Source of the DNA: an uncultured Candidatus Saccharibacteria bacterium
GTDB lineage: Bacteria; Patescibacteriota; Minisyncoccia; UBA6257
Direction of reading: 5' to 3'
Length of the DNA: 64,000 nt
NCBI GenBank assembly: GCA_964479005.1
Contig: CAYZJA010000002.1
Location: 161,278-225,277 of the forward strand
Under the pieces are notes generated by a model, which was not told the origin of the DNA, ran no database searches, and saw only the letters and a list, made by a program, of their open reading frames with translations. Every line of letters begins with the position of its first letter. Positions within the stretch are counted from its first letter, which is position 1. Shown here one piece after another: positions 1 through 9,211 of this stretch. The position numbers and the translations under genes are program-made.

Positions 1-2
1 TT

Positions 3-36
3 AAAAAATACGGAGGTTAGACCTCCGTATTTTTTA
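3..36. terminator. Bidirectional intrinsic terminator: 9-bp GC-rich stem (tacggaggt/acctccgta) flanked by an A-run and a T-run
   Basis: Perfect inverted repeat at 9-29 with AAAAAA upstream and TTTTTT downstream, read directly from the sequence. Confidence 0.6.
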
Positions 37-55
37 ATTATGTTATACTATTTTT

Positions 56-658
56 ATGAAAAGTATTGATGTTTTTGCTTTTATATTTATTTTTGTTATT
101 TCTTGGTTTATTTTTGGTAGGCTTAGTTTATTTTCTAATATTTTTATTCAATGGGGCATCGGAGCAATCCCTTTATTGTGCTTGATCTTTTATCCAATTT
201 TTATTACCTTAAAAAAGAAAAAAAATCTTTCAGAAATAGGATTTACTCTAAAGAATTGGCCATTAGCAATTGGTTGGGGAATAGGTATTGGTTTAATAAT
301 AGTAATTTTAGATCTATGGTTTTTTCGAGATAAACCATTGGCTGTTTTTAATAGCTTGGTTTTTGGGATGGCATATTGGGCCTTTTTAGCGTTTTCTCAA
401 GAGATTTTTTTTAGAGGATATCTTCAGAAGAATTTAGAAAAAGTATATGGTAATTTTTTAGGGTTAATCCTTGCTTCTTTTCTTTTTTCTTTATGGCATA
501 TTACTGTTCGTTTTTATCCGGGATGGGTGACACCCATTTCATTGTTAAAGGTATTTTCGGTTGGTTTACTTTGGGGTTTATCTTTTCAGAAAACAAGAAG
601 CCTGATTGCTCCTTGTTTATCTCATTTTTTGGTTGGAATCTTTCTTAGTAGTTATTAA
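56..658 (+). CDS. CPBP family intramembrane metalloprotease (CAAX protease / Abi-like)
   Basis: Multi-TM 200-aa protein with the three CPBP motifs: EIFFRGY (EExxxR-like), FSLWH (FxxxH) and SHFLVG (HxxxN/D-like). Confidence 0.7.
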   Translation: MKSIDVFAFIFIFVISWFIFGRLSLFSNIFIQWGIGAIPLLCLIFYPIFITLKKKKNLSEIGFTLKNWPLAIGWGIGIGLIIVILDLWFFRDKPLAVFNSLVFGMAYWAFLAFSQEIFFRGYLQKNLEKVYGNFLGLILASFLFSLWHITVRFYPGWVTPISLLKVFSVGLLWGLSFQKTRSLIAPCLSHFLVGIFLSSY

Positions 659-1427
659 CAAACTTTCTTCTGGAATTAATTTTGGAGAGAATTAAAAGGC
701 TTATAGTAATAATGATTAAAGCGGTTAATTGAGCATGAGTAAATGTGAAATACCATATTTTTTCTTGATAAATAAAATCTCTATGATAACGAAAATACTC
801 TGTTATAAATCTGGCGAGAGAATGAAAAATGGTTCCTATAAAAAACAAGGAACCATTTTTTAATTTTATTTTTTTGGAGTAGAAATATAATAATAAAAAA
901 ATTAAAAAATACGAGAAAGCTTCATAAAGCTGAGTTGGATGTCGCAATAAATTATCTCCTAAACTTGGAAATTTTATTGCCCAAGGAACATTTGTGGTAA
1001 TGCCATAGCAACATCCATTCAAAAAACAGCCGATTCGTCCAATAGAATGCCCTATAAGAATTCCCAAAATATAAGAATCACACCACTTTCCCAAATTTTT
1101 TTTATTATTTTTTAATACTAAGAAGAAAGTTATTAAAAAAGCTACGATGAATCCTCCTTGCCAGCTGAATCCATCTTTCCAGAATTGAAATATTTTCAAT
1201 AAATCTTTTTGGTAAGAATTGAAATTTAAGAGAACATAACCAAGCCGAGAACCAATAAACGCGCTAATAATTGTAATAAGGATTAGATTTCTGGCTTTAT
1301 GCGGATTTAAATTTTTACTCCTTGTTTCTAAATAAACAATAATTCCGCCTATAATAAATCCTAAAATCATAAAAACCCAGTACGATTCTATTGAAAAATT
1401 ACCGACTCTAAATAAAATAGGATACAT
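645..1427 (-). CDS. lgt: Prolipoprotein diacylglyceryl transferase
   Basis: 260-aa polytopic membrane protein with the Lgt signature GHSIGRIGCFLNGCCYG and an N-terminal MYPILFRVG...SYWVF. Confidence 0.85.
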   Translation of the reverse strand: MYPILFRVGNFSIESYWVFMILGFIIGGIIVYLETRSKNLNPHKARNLILITIISAFIGSRLGYVLLNFNSYQKDLLKIFQFWKDGFSWQGGFIVAFLITFFLVLKNNKKNLGKWCDSYILGILIGHSIGRIGCFLNGCCYGITTNVPWAIKFPSLGDNLLRHPTQLYEAFSYFLIFLLLYFYSKKIKLKNGSLFFIGTIFHSLARFITEYFRYHRDFIYQEKIWYFTFTHAQLTALIIITISLLILSKINSRRKFVNNY

Positions 1428-1449
1428 AATTATTTAATTATTTGATATG

Positions 1450-1533
1450 TGCCTGGGGTGGGACTCGAACCCACATGACCCAAAGGCCACAGCATTTTGA
1501 GTACTGCGCGTAAACCAATTCCGCCACCCAGGC
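1450..1533 (-). tRNA. tRNA-Leu (anticodon CAA), long variable arm, no encoded CCA
   Basis: Reverse complement folds as acceptor GCCTGGG/CCCAGGC, 3-bp D stem, anticodon stem CAGTA/TGCTG with loop CTCAAAA, 14-nt variable arm, T stem GTGGG/CCCAC with loop TTCGAGT. Confidence 0.85.
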
Positions 1534-1616
1534 ATAAAATCAGTATACATTATTTGATGCATAAAATTCAAGGGCAGAAGTTTATTAAATACCTCAACTT
1601 TGATATAATAATACTA

Positions 1617-2387
1617 ATGGCAGAAATTATTGCGATTTGTAATCAAAAAGGGGGAGTAGGAAAAACTACCACAGCCATGAATTTGGGCGCTTATCTGTCC
1701 GCTCTTGGAAAAAAGACATTGGTGGTTGATTTTGATGCTCAAGCCAATGCTACTTCTGGTTTAGGTTTTGATTATAAAAAATTACAAAAAACAGTTTATA
1801 ACAATTTGATTTCTGATTATTCTCCAAAAGAAACAATTTATAAGACATCAATTTTTGGTTTGAATATTCTTCCTGCTTCGCCAGATCTGATTGGCGCTCA
1901 AGTGGAATTAAATCGTTTTACAAACAAGGAATTCAGATTATATCAAATTCTTTCTTCAATAAAGGAATATTACGATTATATTTTAATAGACTTACCTCCC
2001 TCATTAGGCGTGCTGACAATTAATGGTTTAGTAGCTGCTGATCAAGTTTTAATTCCATTACAAACAGAATATTATGCTTTGGAAGGATTATCTCAGCTTA
2101 TCACAACAATTGATTTGATAAGGAGAAACTTAGAAAAAGATTTAAAAATATTAGGCGCAGTTTTGACTTTATATGATAGAAGGAATAAATTAGATAGAAT
2201 GGTTCTTAAACATATTAGAAGAAATTTTCCAGGATATGTTTTTGATACAATAATTCCAAGGAATGTTAGTTTGGCTGAAGCTCCAAGCTTTGGACAATCT
2301 ATTCTTCAATATAATCCTAATTCTGAAGGAGCCAGAGCTTATAAGCAATTAGCCCAAGAACTAATTAAAAAACTTGAACATTTTTAA
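1617..2387 (+). CDS. parA: Chromosome partitioning ATPase ParA/Soj
   Basis: Deviant Walker A ICNQKGGVGKTT at the N-terminus. The ORF-track start at 1497 is an artefactual extension that overlaps the tRNA-Leu; the true start is the ATG at 1617. Confidence 0.9.
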   Translation: MAEIIAICNQKGGVGKTTTAMNLGAYLSALGKKTLVVDFDAQANATSGLGFDYKKLQKTVYNNLISDYSPKETIYKTSIFGLNILPASPDLIGAQVELNRFTNKEFRLYQILSSIKEYYDYILIDLPPSLGVLTINGLVAADQVLIPLQTEYYALEGLSQLITTIDLIRRNLEKDLKILGAVLTLYDRRNKLDRMVLKHIRRNFPGYVFDTIIPRNVSLAEAPSFGQSILQYNPNSEGARAYKQLAQELIKKLEHF

Positions 2388-2393
2388 TAAACT

Positions 2394-3518
2394 ATGGATG
2401 AACAAAACTCTTTAGGGCAAGGCATTAACGCTTTAATTCCTCCTAAAAATAACCAGCCGCAATATCCATTGACTGATAATATTGATATTGTGGAGCCAAG
2501 CGAGGGCGCTTTGGAAGAAAAGATTAGCGAGAAGATAAAAAAAGACTTTCAAGAGGATTTTCAACAAACGCATACAAAAGAAGATACAATACCAGACAAT
2601 AGATTAGGTTTGCAGGAAACAATACCTGAGATAGTTCAAGACAAGCCTATTCTTGAAGATAAACCTGTTTTGTCTTCTTATCTTTTGGAAGATAAAGTTT
2701 TCTATATTGAAGTGGATAAAATTAAGCCTAATCCCCAACAACCACGAAAGGTTTTCCCTGATGAAACAATAAAAGAATTAGCTGATTCTATTCGGGAGCA
2801 TGGTATTTTAGAGCCTTTAATAGTTATCAGAGAAGAAAAAGAGACAGAACATGGCGCAGATGTTGAGTATCAATTAATTTCAGGAGAGAGAAGATTATTA
2901 GCTTCAAAAATGTTGGGATTACCAACAGTTCCGGTAATTATTAGGAAACCGATGGAAGAACGAAAAAAACTGGAATTATCTTTAATAGAAAATATTCAGC
3001 GTGAAGATTTAACTCCAATATCTAAAGCTAAAGCATTTGCGCGGTTAATCAAAGAATTTGGTCTTACTCAACAGGATTTGGCAGGAAGGATTGGAAAGAG
3101 TAGAGAAGTAATTGCGAATACTTTGCGTTTACTACAATTATCCTATGAAGCTCAAAATGCGTTAGAGCAGGGGAAAATTAATGAAGGTCATGCCCGAGCG
3201 ATTCTTCTTTTTAGTAATCCTGAAAAGAGAAGGTTATTTTTACAGGAGATTTTGTCAAAGAGTCTTTCTGGGAGGGAATCTTTAGAATTAGCACAGCACT
3301 ATTTACAAAATAATCTTAGTAATAATAAAAAAGAAACATTGTCTAGAAGGCGAAATGTTTCTTTGGATCCAGAGGACCTGGAAGTAAAAGAAAAATTGGA
3401 AGATTTTTTACAAACCCCAGTTTTAATCAAGAAAAAAGGCGGACAAGGCGCGATTGAAATCAAGTTTTTCTCACAAGAAGATTTAAGTAAAATTTTAAAT
3501 AGAATCTTTCCCCTTTAG
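2394..3518 (+). CDS. parB: Chromosome partitioning protein ParB with a long acidic N-terminal extension
   Basis: ParB/Srx box (GILEPLIVIR, LISGERRL) and an HTH (LTQQDLAGRIGKSREVIANTLRLL); sits immediately downstream of parA. Confidence 0.85.
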   Translation: MDEQNSLGQGINALIPPKNNQPQYPLTDNIDIVEPSEGALEEKISEKIKKDFQEDFQQTHTKEDTIPDNRLGLQETIPEIVQDKPILEDKPVLSSYLLEDKVFYIEVDKIKPNPQQPRKVFPDETIKELADSIREHGILEPLIVIREEKETEHGADVEYQLISGERRLLASKMLGLPTVPVIIRKPMEERKKLELSLIENIQREDLTPISKAKAFARLIKEFGLTQQDLAGRIGKSREVIANTLRLLQLSYEAQNALEQGKINEGHARAILLFSNPEKRRLFLQEILSKSLSGRESLELAQHYLQNNLSNNKKETLSRRRNVSLDPEDLEVKEKLEDFLQTPVLIKKKGGQGAIEIKFFSQEDLSKILNRIFPL

Positions 3519-4961
3519 CGCGTCTTGAATTTTCTTTCGGGTTTCACTCATTTTAACAAATTCTAACCATGAGGAAGATGGTAACTTTCTTTTTTTAGTT
3601 ATTATTTCTATTACTTCTCCTGATTGTAATTTATAATCTAATGACACCAATTTGTCGTTAACCTTAGCTCCAGCAGCTTGATTGCCCACATCTGTATGGA
3701 TTTGATAGGCAAAATCAATAGTGGTAGCTCCATCAGGAAGATCAATAATATCTCCTTTAGGCGTTAAGACAAAGATTCTGTCTTTGAAAAAATCAACTTT
3801 TAAAGAATTTAGAAATTCTTCGGAACTATAAAATTTCTTTTGCCACTCTCTCAACTGATTTATCCAATAGAAGTTTTTAGGAGGATTGAATTTTTTCCTT
3901 TTTTTATATTTTTTATCATCTTTCTGAGATCCATAAATCCAATGTGCAGCAATACCCCACTCTGCTTCTTCATCCATTTGCGGCGTTCTAATTTGGATTT
4001 CTACTATTTTTCCGTTTTTTGCAAAAACAGTAGTGTGAAGGCTTTGGTATCCATTAGGCTTTGGAAGAGCAATATAATCTTTAAAACGGCCTGGAACAGG
4101 TTTCCACATTTGATGAATAATCCCTAAAGCGCCATAGCATCCTTCTAAATTAGGCATAATAATTCTCATTGCCACCAAATCATAGATTCTTTTAATGTCC
4201 ATATCTTCTTTTTGCAGTTTGCGCCAGATACTATATAGGTGCTTAGTTCGGAATTGTATTTTTTCAGGATTTAAATTATTTTCTTTTAGTTCTTTTTGCA
4301 CCAAGGGAACTAATTCTTGAAGATAATTTTTTAATTCCTCACTTCTTTTTCCTATTATTTTTTTGGTTAACTTATATTCTTCTTCATATACATATGGAAA
4401 AGCCAAATCTTCTAATTGAGCCCCAATATCTGACATTCCCAAACGGTAAGCTAATGGGGCAAGAATTTCCAAAGTTTCTAATGATTTTTTTCTTCTCTTT
4501 TTTGGTTCCAGTGGCCACAAAGTTTTCATATTATCCAATCTGTCAGCTAATTTAATAAGAATAATCCTTAAATCTTTTGCCATGGCCAAAATCATATTCC
4601 TAAAATTTTCTTTTTCTGTGTCGTCGTCTTCTTTGTATTTAATTTTATTAACCTTTGTTAATCCGTTAACTAAAAAGAATACTTCGTCATTAAACTGGGA
4701 TTTAATTTCAGAGAGAGGGATTTCACAATCCTCAACAACATCATGAAGCACACTGGCAATCACAGCGTTGATACCTAATTTCATCTGGCTAATGGTTAGA
4801 GCTACTCGCAAAGGATGATTTACAAATGGTTCTCCTGATTTTCTTTTCTGTTCAGAATGTGATTTTTCAGCAAATTCAAAGGCTTTTTCTAATAAATCTA
4901 TTTCTCTTTCATTTGTAGAATTCTCAAGATTTTGAATTATTTTCTGCTTTAGGGACTTCAT
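3495..4961 (-). CDS. rel: Short bifunctional (p)ppGpp synthetase/hydrolase (RelA/SpoT homologue) with HD, synthetase and TGS domains and no ACT domain
   Basis: HD motif HPLRVA...LHDVVED, synthetase-domain core, and a C-terminal TGS-like segment (PKGDIIDLPDGATTIDFAY). Confidence 0.8.
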   Translation of the reverse strand: MKSLKQKIIQNLENSTNEREIDLLEKAFEFAEKSHSEQKRKSGEPFVNHPLRVALTISQMKLGINAVIASVLHDVVEDCEIPLSEIKSQFNDEVFFLVNGLTKVNKIKYKEDDDTEKENFRNMILAMAKDLRIILIKLADRLDNMKTLWPLEPKKRRKKSLETLEILAPLAYRLGMSDIGAQLEDLAFPYVYEEEYKLTKKIIGKRSEELKNYLQELVPLVQKELKENNLNPEKIQFRTKHLYSIWRKLQKEDMDIKRIYDLVAMRIIMPNLEGCYGALGIIHQMWKPVPGRFKDYIALPKPNGYQSLHTTVFAKNGKIVEIQIRTPQMDEEAEWGIAAHWIYGSQKDDKKYKKRKKFNPPKNFYWINQLREWQKKFYSSEEFLNSLKVDFFKDRIFVLTPKGDIIDLPDGATTIDFAYQIHTDVGNQAAGAKVNDKLVSLDYKLQSGEVIEIITKKRKLPSSSWLEFVKMSETRKKIQDALKGKDSI

Positions 4962-7053
4962 AATTGCAATTACGATTAGAGCATTTTATTTTAGTTTTTG
5001 TTTCCACAAGAGGTTTACTGCATTTAGGACAATTTTTCCCTGTAGGTTTATAAGAAGAAGCAAAATCACATTCAGGCCAATGCGAGCATGCATAAAACAT
5101 TTGTCTTCTTTTATTTCTTTTCATTATTATATTTCCAGTTTTACACTGTGGACATTTCATAGAGAATTCATTATTGATAGATTTAGTAAAGGAGCACTTA
5201 GGCCAATCAGAGCAGGCAAGAAATTTGCCAAATCTTCCCAATTTTAAAACTAGATTATTTCCACACTTTGGGCATTTTTCTTTTGTTTCAACAACTGGCG
5301 ATAGGTCTTCTTTAGAGACTTCTACATATTTTCTTTCTAAGTTATCCTTAAATGGTTTATAAAACTCGCCAACCATATTTACCCAGTCTAATTTTCCTTC
5401 GGCAATATCATCTAATTTTTCCTCAATTTGAGAAGTGAACTTATAATCCACAATATCTGGAAAGTGTTTTACTAAAACATTATTTACCAGAACTCCAATT
5501 TCTGTAGGTATAAAAGATTTGCTTTTGTCTCTCATAACATAACCCCTATATTCTAATACAGATATGATGGGCGTGTAAGTTGAAGGCCGTCCAATGCCAA
5601 AACTTTCCAATATTTTTACTAAAGAAGCGTCATTGTAGCGTGGAGGTGGTTGTGTTAGATGTTCTTTTGGAGTGATTTTTTTAACTTTTAGTTTTTCCTG
5701 AGGATTTAAATGCGGTTTTTTTTGCAGATCTGATGGTTTAGAATAAGGATAAATACGGAAAAATCCATCAAAATCTAAATTGTAAAGATTATTTTTAAAC
5801 AAATATTTATCTTGTTTGCCTTGGCATTCAACAGAAATTGAAGTTTTTTCTAAAATCGCAGAAGGCATTTGGCCTGCTAAGAATCTTGCCCAAATAAGAG
5901 TGTATAAAGACAATTCGTCTTTTGTTAAATATTCTTTTATTTTTTCTGGCGTATAAAACGGATCTGTGCAACGAATGGCTTCATGAGCTTCTTGGGCTAA
6001 ACGGGAACGTTTTTTAAAGATTTGCGCTTGGGGTAAGGTATATTCTTTTCCTAAGTTTATTTCTAAAAAGTCATGGGCGGCTTTGAGCGCTATTGGAGAA
6101 AGATTTGTAGAATCGGTTCTCATATAGGTAATTAACCCCACAGGCCCTTTTCCTAAATTTTTTCCTTCATAAAGCGATTGCGCTAAATACATTGTTTTTT
6201 TAGCGGAAAAGTGAAGTAATTGCCACGAGGATTGTTGTAAAGTGCTTGTAGTAAATGGAGCGGCAGAATGGCGTTTTACTTTTTTTGTTTCTATGTCCAA
6301 AACATAAGCATCTCTTTTTTCTAAATCTTTTTTAATTTTGCGTACTTCTTTTTCTGATTTAATGCCTGGCTTAGGAAGAGGTTTATTGTTAATTTTATGT
6401 AAATCAAATTCAAATTCATTATTGTTTTCTTGTTTTTCTAATATTGCGGAAATACTATAATATTTTTCTTCTTTAAAAGATTCTCTTTCTTTTTCCCTTT
6501 CAACAATTAATCTCAAAGCAGGTGATTGCACTCTGCCGGCAGATAATCCCCTAAATATTTTTTTCCATAAAAACGGTGATAATTCATATCCTACCAAACG
6601 GTCTAATATTCTCCTTGTTTGTTGAGCGTTTACTAAGTCTAAATTAATATTGCGCGGATTTTTAATAGCGTTTTCTATAGCTGGTTTGGTAATTTCATGA
6701 AAAGCAATCCTTTCAAATTTTTTTCCTTCAATCTCAAGGGCTTTGGTTAAGTGAAACGCAATAGCTTCTCCTTCTCTATCTTCATCCGGCGCTAATATTA
6801 TTTGATCGCTTTTTTTAGCGAGTTTCTTGAGCTCATTTACTTTTTTTCTTGCTCTTACCGGAATAATATAATGCGGAGCAAAATTATTTTCTATATCAAT
6901 TCCTAATTTAGATTTAGGAAGATCACGAATATGCCCATAACAAGCAACAACTTTATAACCCTTTCCCAAGAAATGGGAAATATTTTTTGCTTTTGTGGGT
7001 GATTCAACAATAACCAGTTTCATATTATTTGTTTTTAATGTAGTTTCCTCCAT
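4924..7053 (-). CDS. topA: DNA topoisomerase I with C-terminal zinc ribbons
   Basis: Toprim N-terminus (KLVIVESPTKAK...DREGEAIA), the active-site region, and three C4 zinc-ribbon repeats (CPKCGN, CPQC, CPKC). The true start may be the internal ATG near 7023. Confidence 0.9.
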   Translation of the reverse strand: MEETTLKTNNMKLVIVESPTKAKNISHFLGKGYKVVACYGHIRDLPKSKLGIDIENNFAPHYIIPVRARKKVNELKKLAKKSDQIILAPDEDREGEAIAFHLTKALEIEGKKFERIAFHEITKPAIENAIKNPRNINLDLVNAQQTRRILDRLVGYELSPFLWKKIFRGLSAGRVQSPALRLIVEREKERESFKEEKYYSISAILEKQENNNEFEFDLHKINNKPLPKPGIKSEKEVRKIKKDLEKRDAYVLDIETKKVKRHSAAPFTTSTLQQSSWQLLHFSAKKTMYLAQSLYEGKNLGKGPVGLITYMRTDSTNLSPIALKAAHDFLEINLGKEYTLPQAQIFKKRSRLAQEAHEAIRCTDPFYTPEKIKEYLTKDELSLYTLIWARFLAGQMPSAILEKTSISVECQGKQDKYLFKNNLYNLDFDGFFRIYPYSKPSDLQKKPHLNPQEKLKVKKITPKEHLTQPPPRYNDASLVKILESFGIGRPSTYTPIISVLEYRGYVMRDKSKSFIPTEIGVLVNNVLVKHFPDIVDYKFTSQIEEKLDDIAEGKLDWVNMVGEFYKPFKDNLERKYVEVSKEDLSPVVETKEKCPKCGNNLVLKLGRFGKFLACSDWPKCSFTKSINNEFSMKCPQCKTGNIIMKRNKRRQMFYACSHWPECDFASSYKPTGKNCPKCSKPLVETKTKIKCSNRNCNYEVPKAENNSKS

Positions 7054-8074
7054 CTGTATTTTTAATAAACTCTTTTAATTCTAAAGTAGTGAGAATAACA
7101 AGAGTCTCTTTAGGGGAAAGATTAGAGATTTCTATAATTTTGTCAATAGCAAGAGAATTTTCCTTAGGCAGAAGTTGGTAAATTTTTTCTTCTTGTTTAT
7201 TGTCAAATTTTAAGCTTGGAGAGTCTTTTATTATTGGTAAAGTATATTGAATATTTAATTCTTCAAAAATATCTTCAATTTGGGAAACTAACTTTGCCCC
7301 TTGCTTAATCAAATTATTGGTTCCAATAGAGTTCTTATTGAATATTGAGCCGGGAATAGCAAAAACCTCTCTGTTTTGTTCTAATGCAAATTGCGCAGTG
7401 ATTAAAGCACCGCTTTTCTCCGGAGCCTCTATTACCACAGTAGCCAAAGAAAGACCGCTGATTATTCTATTGCGCCAAGGAAAGTAACGCCTTAAAGCAG
7501 GAGCTTCTAAAGGATATTCAGTAATTATCGCGCCATGTTTGGCTATTTCTTTGGATAATCTTTTATTGCTATAAGGATAGATATTGTTTAATCCTGATCC
7601 TAAAACAGCGATTGTTTTTCCTTGGTTTTCTAAAGCAGATTTATGGGCTATAGTATCAACGCCATAAGCTAGACCGCTTACGATAATAAAATTATGACGC
7701 GTTAATTCTTGTACTAATTTTTCTGTAACCAATTTTCCGTACGCGCTTATTTTTCTTGTTCCAACAATGGCTATACGCGGCGCTTCTTCAGGAATTTCTC
7801 CTTTAATATAAAAAGATGAAGGAGAATAAGATATTTCTTTTAATAAGTCCGGATATTTATTATCCGAAGAAATAATAAAACCAATCTTTTGTTCTTCTAT
7901 TTCTTGCCATTCTTTATAAGGATCAATATCTTCTTTTTGGCTAACGCTTAATTTTTCCCAAGCGCTTTTAAAAGTTTGGCTGGAAGATAAAAGAGGAAAT
8001 AACTTAAGGAAGTTATTTTTAAAAGCTACGTTAAGGGCATTCAAATAAATCTTTTCTTCATGGTGGGGCATCAT
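7025..8074 (-). CDS. dprA: DNA processing protein DprA (Smf), natural-transformation ssDNA loader
   Basis: Rossmann-like DprA core: GSGLNNIYPYSNKRL ... ITEYPLEAPALRRYFPWRNRIISGLS. Confidence 0.85.
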   Translation of the reverse strand: MMPHHEEKIYLNALNVAFKNNFLKLFPLLSSSQTFKSAWEKLSVSQKEDIDPYKEWQEIEEQKIGFIISSDNKYPDLLKEISYSPSSFYIKGEIPEEAPRIAIVGTRKISAYGKLVTEKLVQELTRHNFIIVSGLAYGVDTIAHKSALENQGKTIAVLGSGLNNIYPYSNKRLSKEIAKHGAIITEYPLEAPALRRYFPWRNRIISGLSLATVVIEAPEKSGALITAQFALEQNREVFAIPGSIFNKNSIGTNNLIKQGAKLVSQIEDIFEELNIQYTLPIIKDSPSLKFDNKQEEKIYQLLPKENSLAIDKIIEISNLSPKETLVILTTLELKEFIKNTDGGNYIKNK

Positions 8075-8150
8075 ATATAAATTATATCACAGCATTATTA
8101 TTCTGTCATTTTTATTGTTTTTTCCTTAATGTTGAGATATACTAAATCTA

Positions 8151-8684
8151 ATGGGAGATTTCAAAAAGAGATTAATTTTAATTCTAAGCATTTCCCTATC
8201 TATCATTTTAGTCCTTGGTGGATTATTTTATTATTTTTACGATGATGTTTCGAAAAGAGTAGTAAAGATTAATTCCTACAGGCAGGAACTTGCTTCCCGA
8301 GCGTCAATTCTAAACAGGATTTATGTATTAGAACAAGAACATACAAAATCCTTGCCGTATTTTGGAAAATTGACAGAAGCTTTGCCAACTGAAACAGAAA
8401 TGGTTAACCTAGAAGAAGTTTTGAAAAATTTAGCCAGTCAAAATGATCTAAATTTAAGCTTTCGATTCGGACTGTTAAACGAAGCAACTGAACAAGAGCC
8501 AAAGAGTTATAGTTTCAATTTAATTCTTACAGGAGAGAAAAACAATGTTTTAAAATGGATGGATGGTTTGCAGAAATTAAATTATACAATTCGCGTGGAC
8601 CAAATAGAATTAAGCCAAACCAGTTCTGGCGGAGGCAAATTTTATTATAGTGTAAAAATTTTAGGAAGAGTTTATCTTCGTTGA
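8151..8684 (+). CDS. Hypothetical membrane-anchored protein (N-terminal TM, coiled coil, alpha/beta C-terminus). A PilO-like role is possible but unsupported
   Basis: One N-terminal hydrophobic helix and no recognisable catalytic motifs. Position between dprA and the tRNA pair. Confidence 0.4.
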   Translation: MGDFKKRLILILSISLSIILVLGGLFYYFYDDVSKRVVKINSYRQELASRASILNRIYVLEQEHTKSLPYFGKLTEALPTETEMVNLEEVLKNLASQNDLNLSFRFGLLNEATEQEPKSYSFNLILTGEKNNVLKWMDGLQKLNYTIRVDQIELSQTSSGGGKFYYSVKILGRVYLR

Positions 8685-8694
8685 GAATCTAAAT

Positions 8695-8910
8695 ATGTTT
8701 AAAAAGATTTACCAAAACTTAAAAAAGAAAAATTTATTTTTTTTGGCTGGAGGGTTAGTAATTATTATTGCTTGCGGTTTTCTGATAGTTTTTAGTTTGA
8801 CTTTTTTAATAAAAAATATTAATTTTGTATTAAAGCCAATTGCTCCGGAAAACTCTTCAATACATTTTGATATTTCTGAAGCAGAAAGGTTGTTTTTGCA
8901 AGATAAATAG
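8695..8910 (+). CDS. Small single-TM hypothetical protein
   Basis: 71-aa ORF with a central hydrophobic helix, ending 8 nt before tRNA-Ile. Confidence 0.35.
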   Translation: MFKKIYQNLKKKNLFFLAGGLVIIIACGFLIVFSLTFLIKNINFVLKPIAPENSSIHFDISEAERLFLQDK

Positions 8911-8917
8911 TTTTTAC

Positions 8918-8989
8918 GGGCGACTAGCTCAGTGGTAGAGCGCGTCTCTGATAAAGACGAGGTCACAAGTTCGATCCTTGTGTCGCCCA
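8918..8989 (+). tRNA. tRNA-Ile (anticodon GAT)
   Basis: Acceptor GGGCGAC/GTCGCCC, anticodon stem-loop CGTCT-CTGATAA-AGACG, T loop TTCGATC. This is the classical 16S-23S spacer tRNA. Confidence 0.9.
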
Positions 8990-9004
8990 CAATTTTCCTC
9001 CATC

Positions 9005-9080
9005 GGGCCCGTAGCTTAATTGGTAGAGCGCCTGTGTTGCATACAGGAGGTTGTCGGTTCGAGTCCGATCGGGTCCACCA
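9005..9080 (+). tRNA. tRNA-Ala (anticodon TGC) with G3:U70 identity pair and an encoded CCA
   Basis: Acceptor GGGCCCG/CGGGTCC includes the G3-U70 wobble. Anticodon stem-loop CCTGT-GTTGCAT-ACAGG. Ends ...ACCA. Confidence 0.9.
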
Positions 9081-9116
9081 CGTTAGACGTGGTCCACCAC
9101 GTTAAACGTGGTGGAC
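9076..9116 (+). repeat. Tandem palindromic hairpins (CCACG-TTAGA-CGTGG and TCCACCACG-TTAAA-CGTGGTGGA) abutting the tRNA-Ala 3' end; this family recurs at 62068, 62482 and 63473
   Basis: Perfect inverted repeats read directly from the sequence. The first stem includes the tRNA CCA. Confidence 0.7.
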
Positions 9117-9130
9117 TTCAAAATTTCTCC

Positions 9131-9159
9131 TTGCTTGACTAAGCTATATCTTATATAAT
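9131..9159 (+). promoter_or_regulatory. Sigma-70-like promoter (TTGCTT, 17 nt, TATAAT) for the 9212 gene
   Basis: -35 at 9131-9136 and a perfect -10 at 9154-9159, about 50 nt upstream of the start codon. Confidence 0.5.
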
Positions 9160-9211
9160 AGAAGTATAAAAATTAAAGGTCGATAAAACTAAAATTTAAA
9201 ATATAAAAAAT

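Noticed and set aside
1497-1616. N-terminal 40-codon extension of the parA ORF in the ORF track
   Set aside because: It overlaps the minus-strand tRNA-Leu and precedes the conserved Walker-A N-terminus. The real start is the ATG at 1617.
8709-8990. 93-aa minus-strand ORF
   Set aside because: Overlaps tRNA-Ile(GAT) and the small membrane-protein gene; it is produced by the tRNA's reverse complement.
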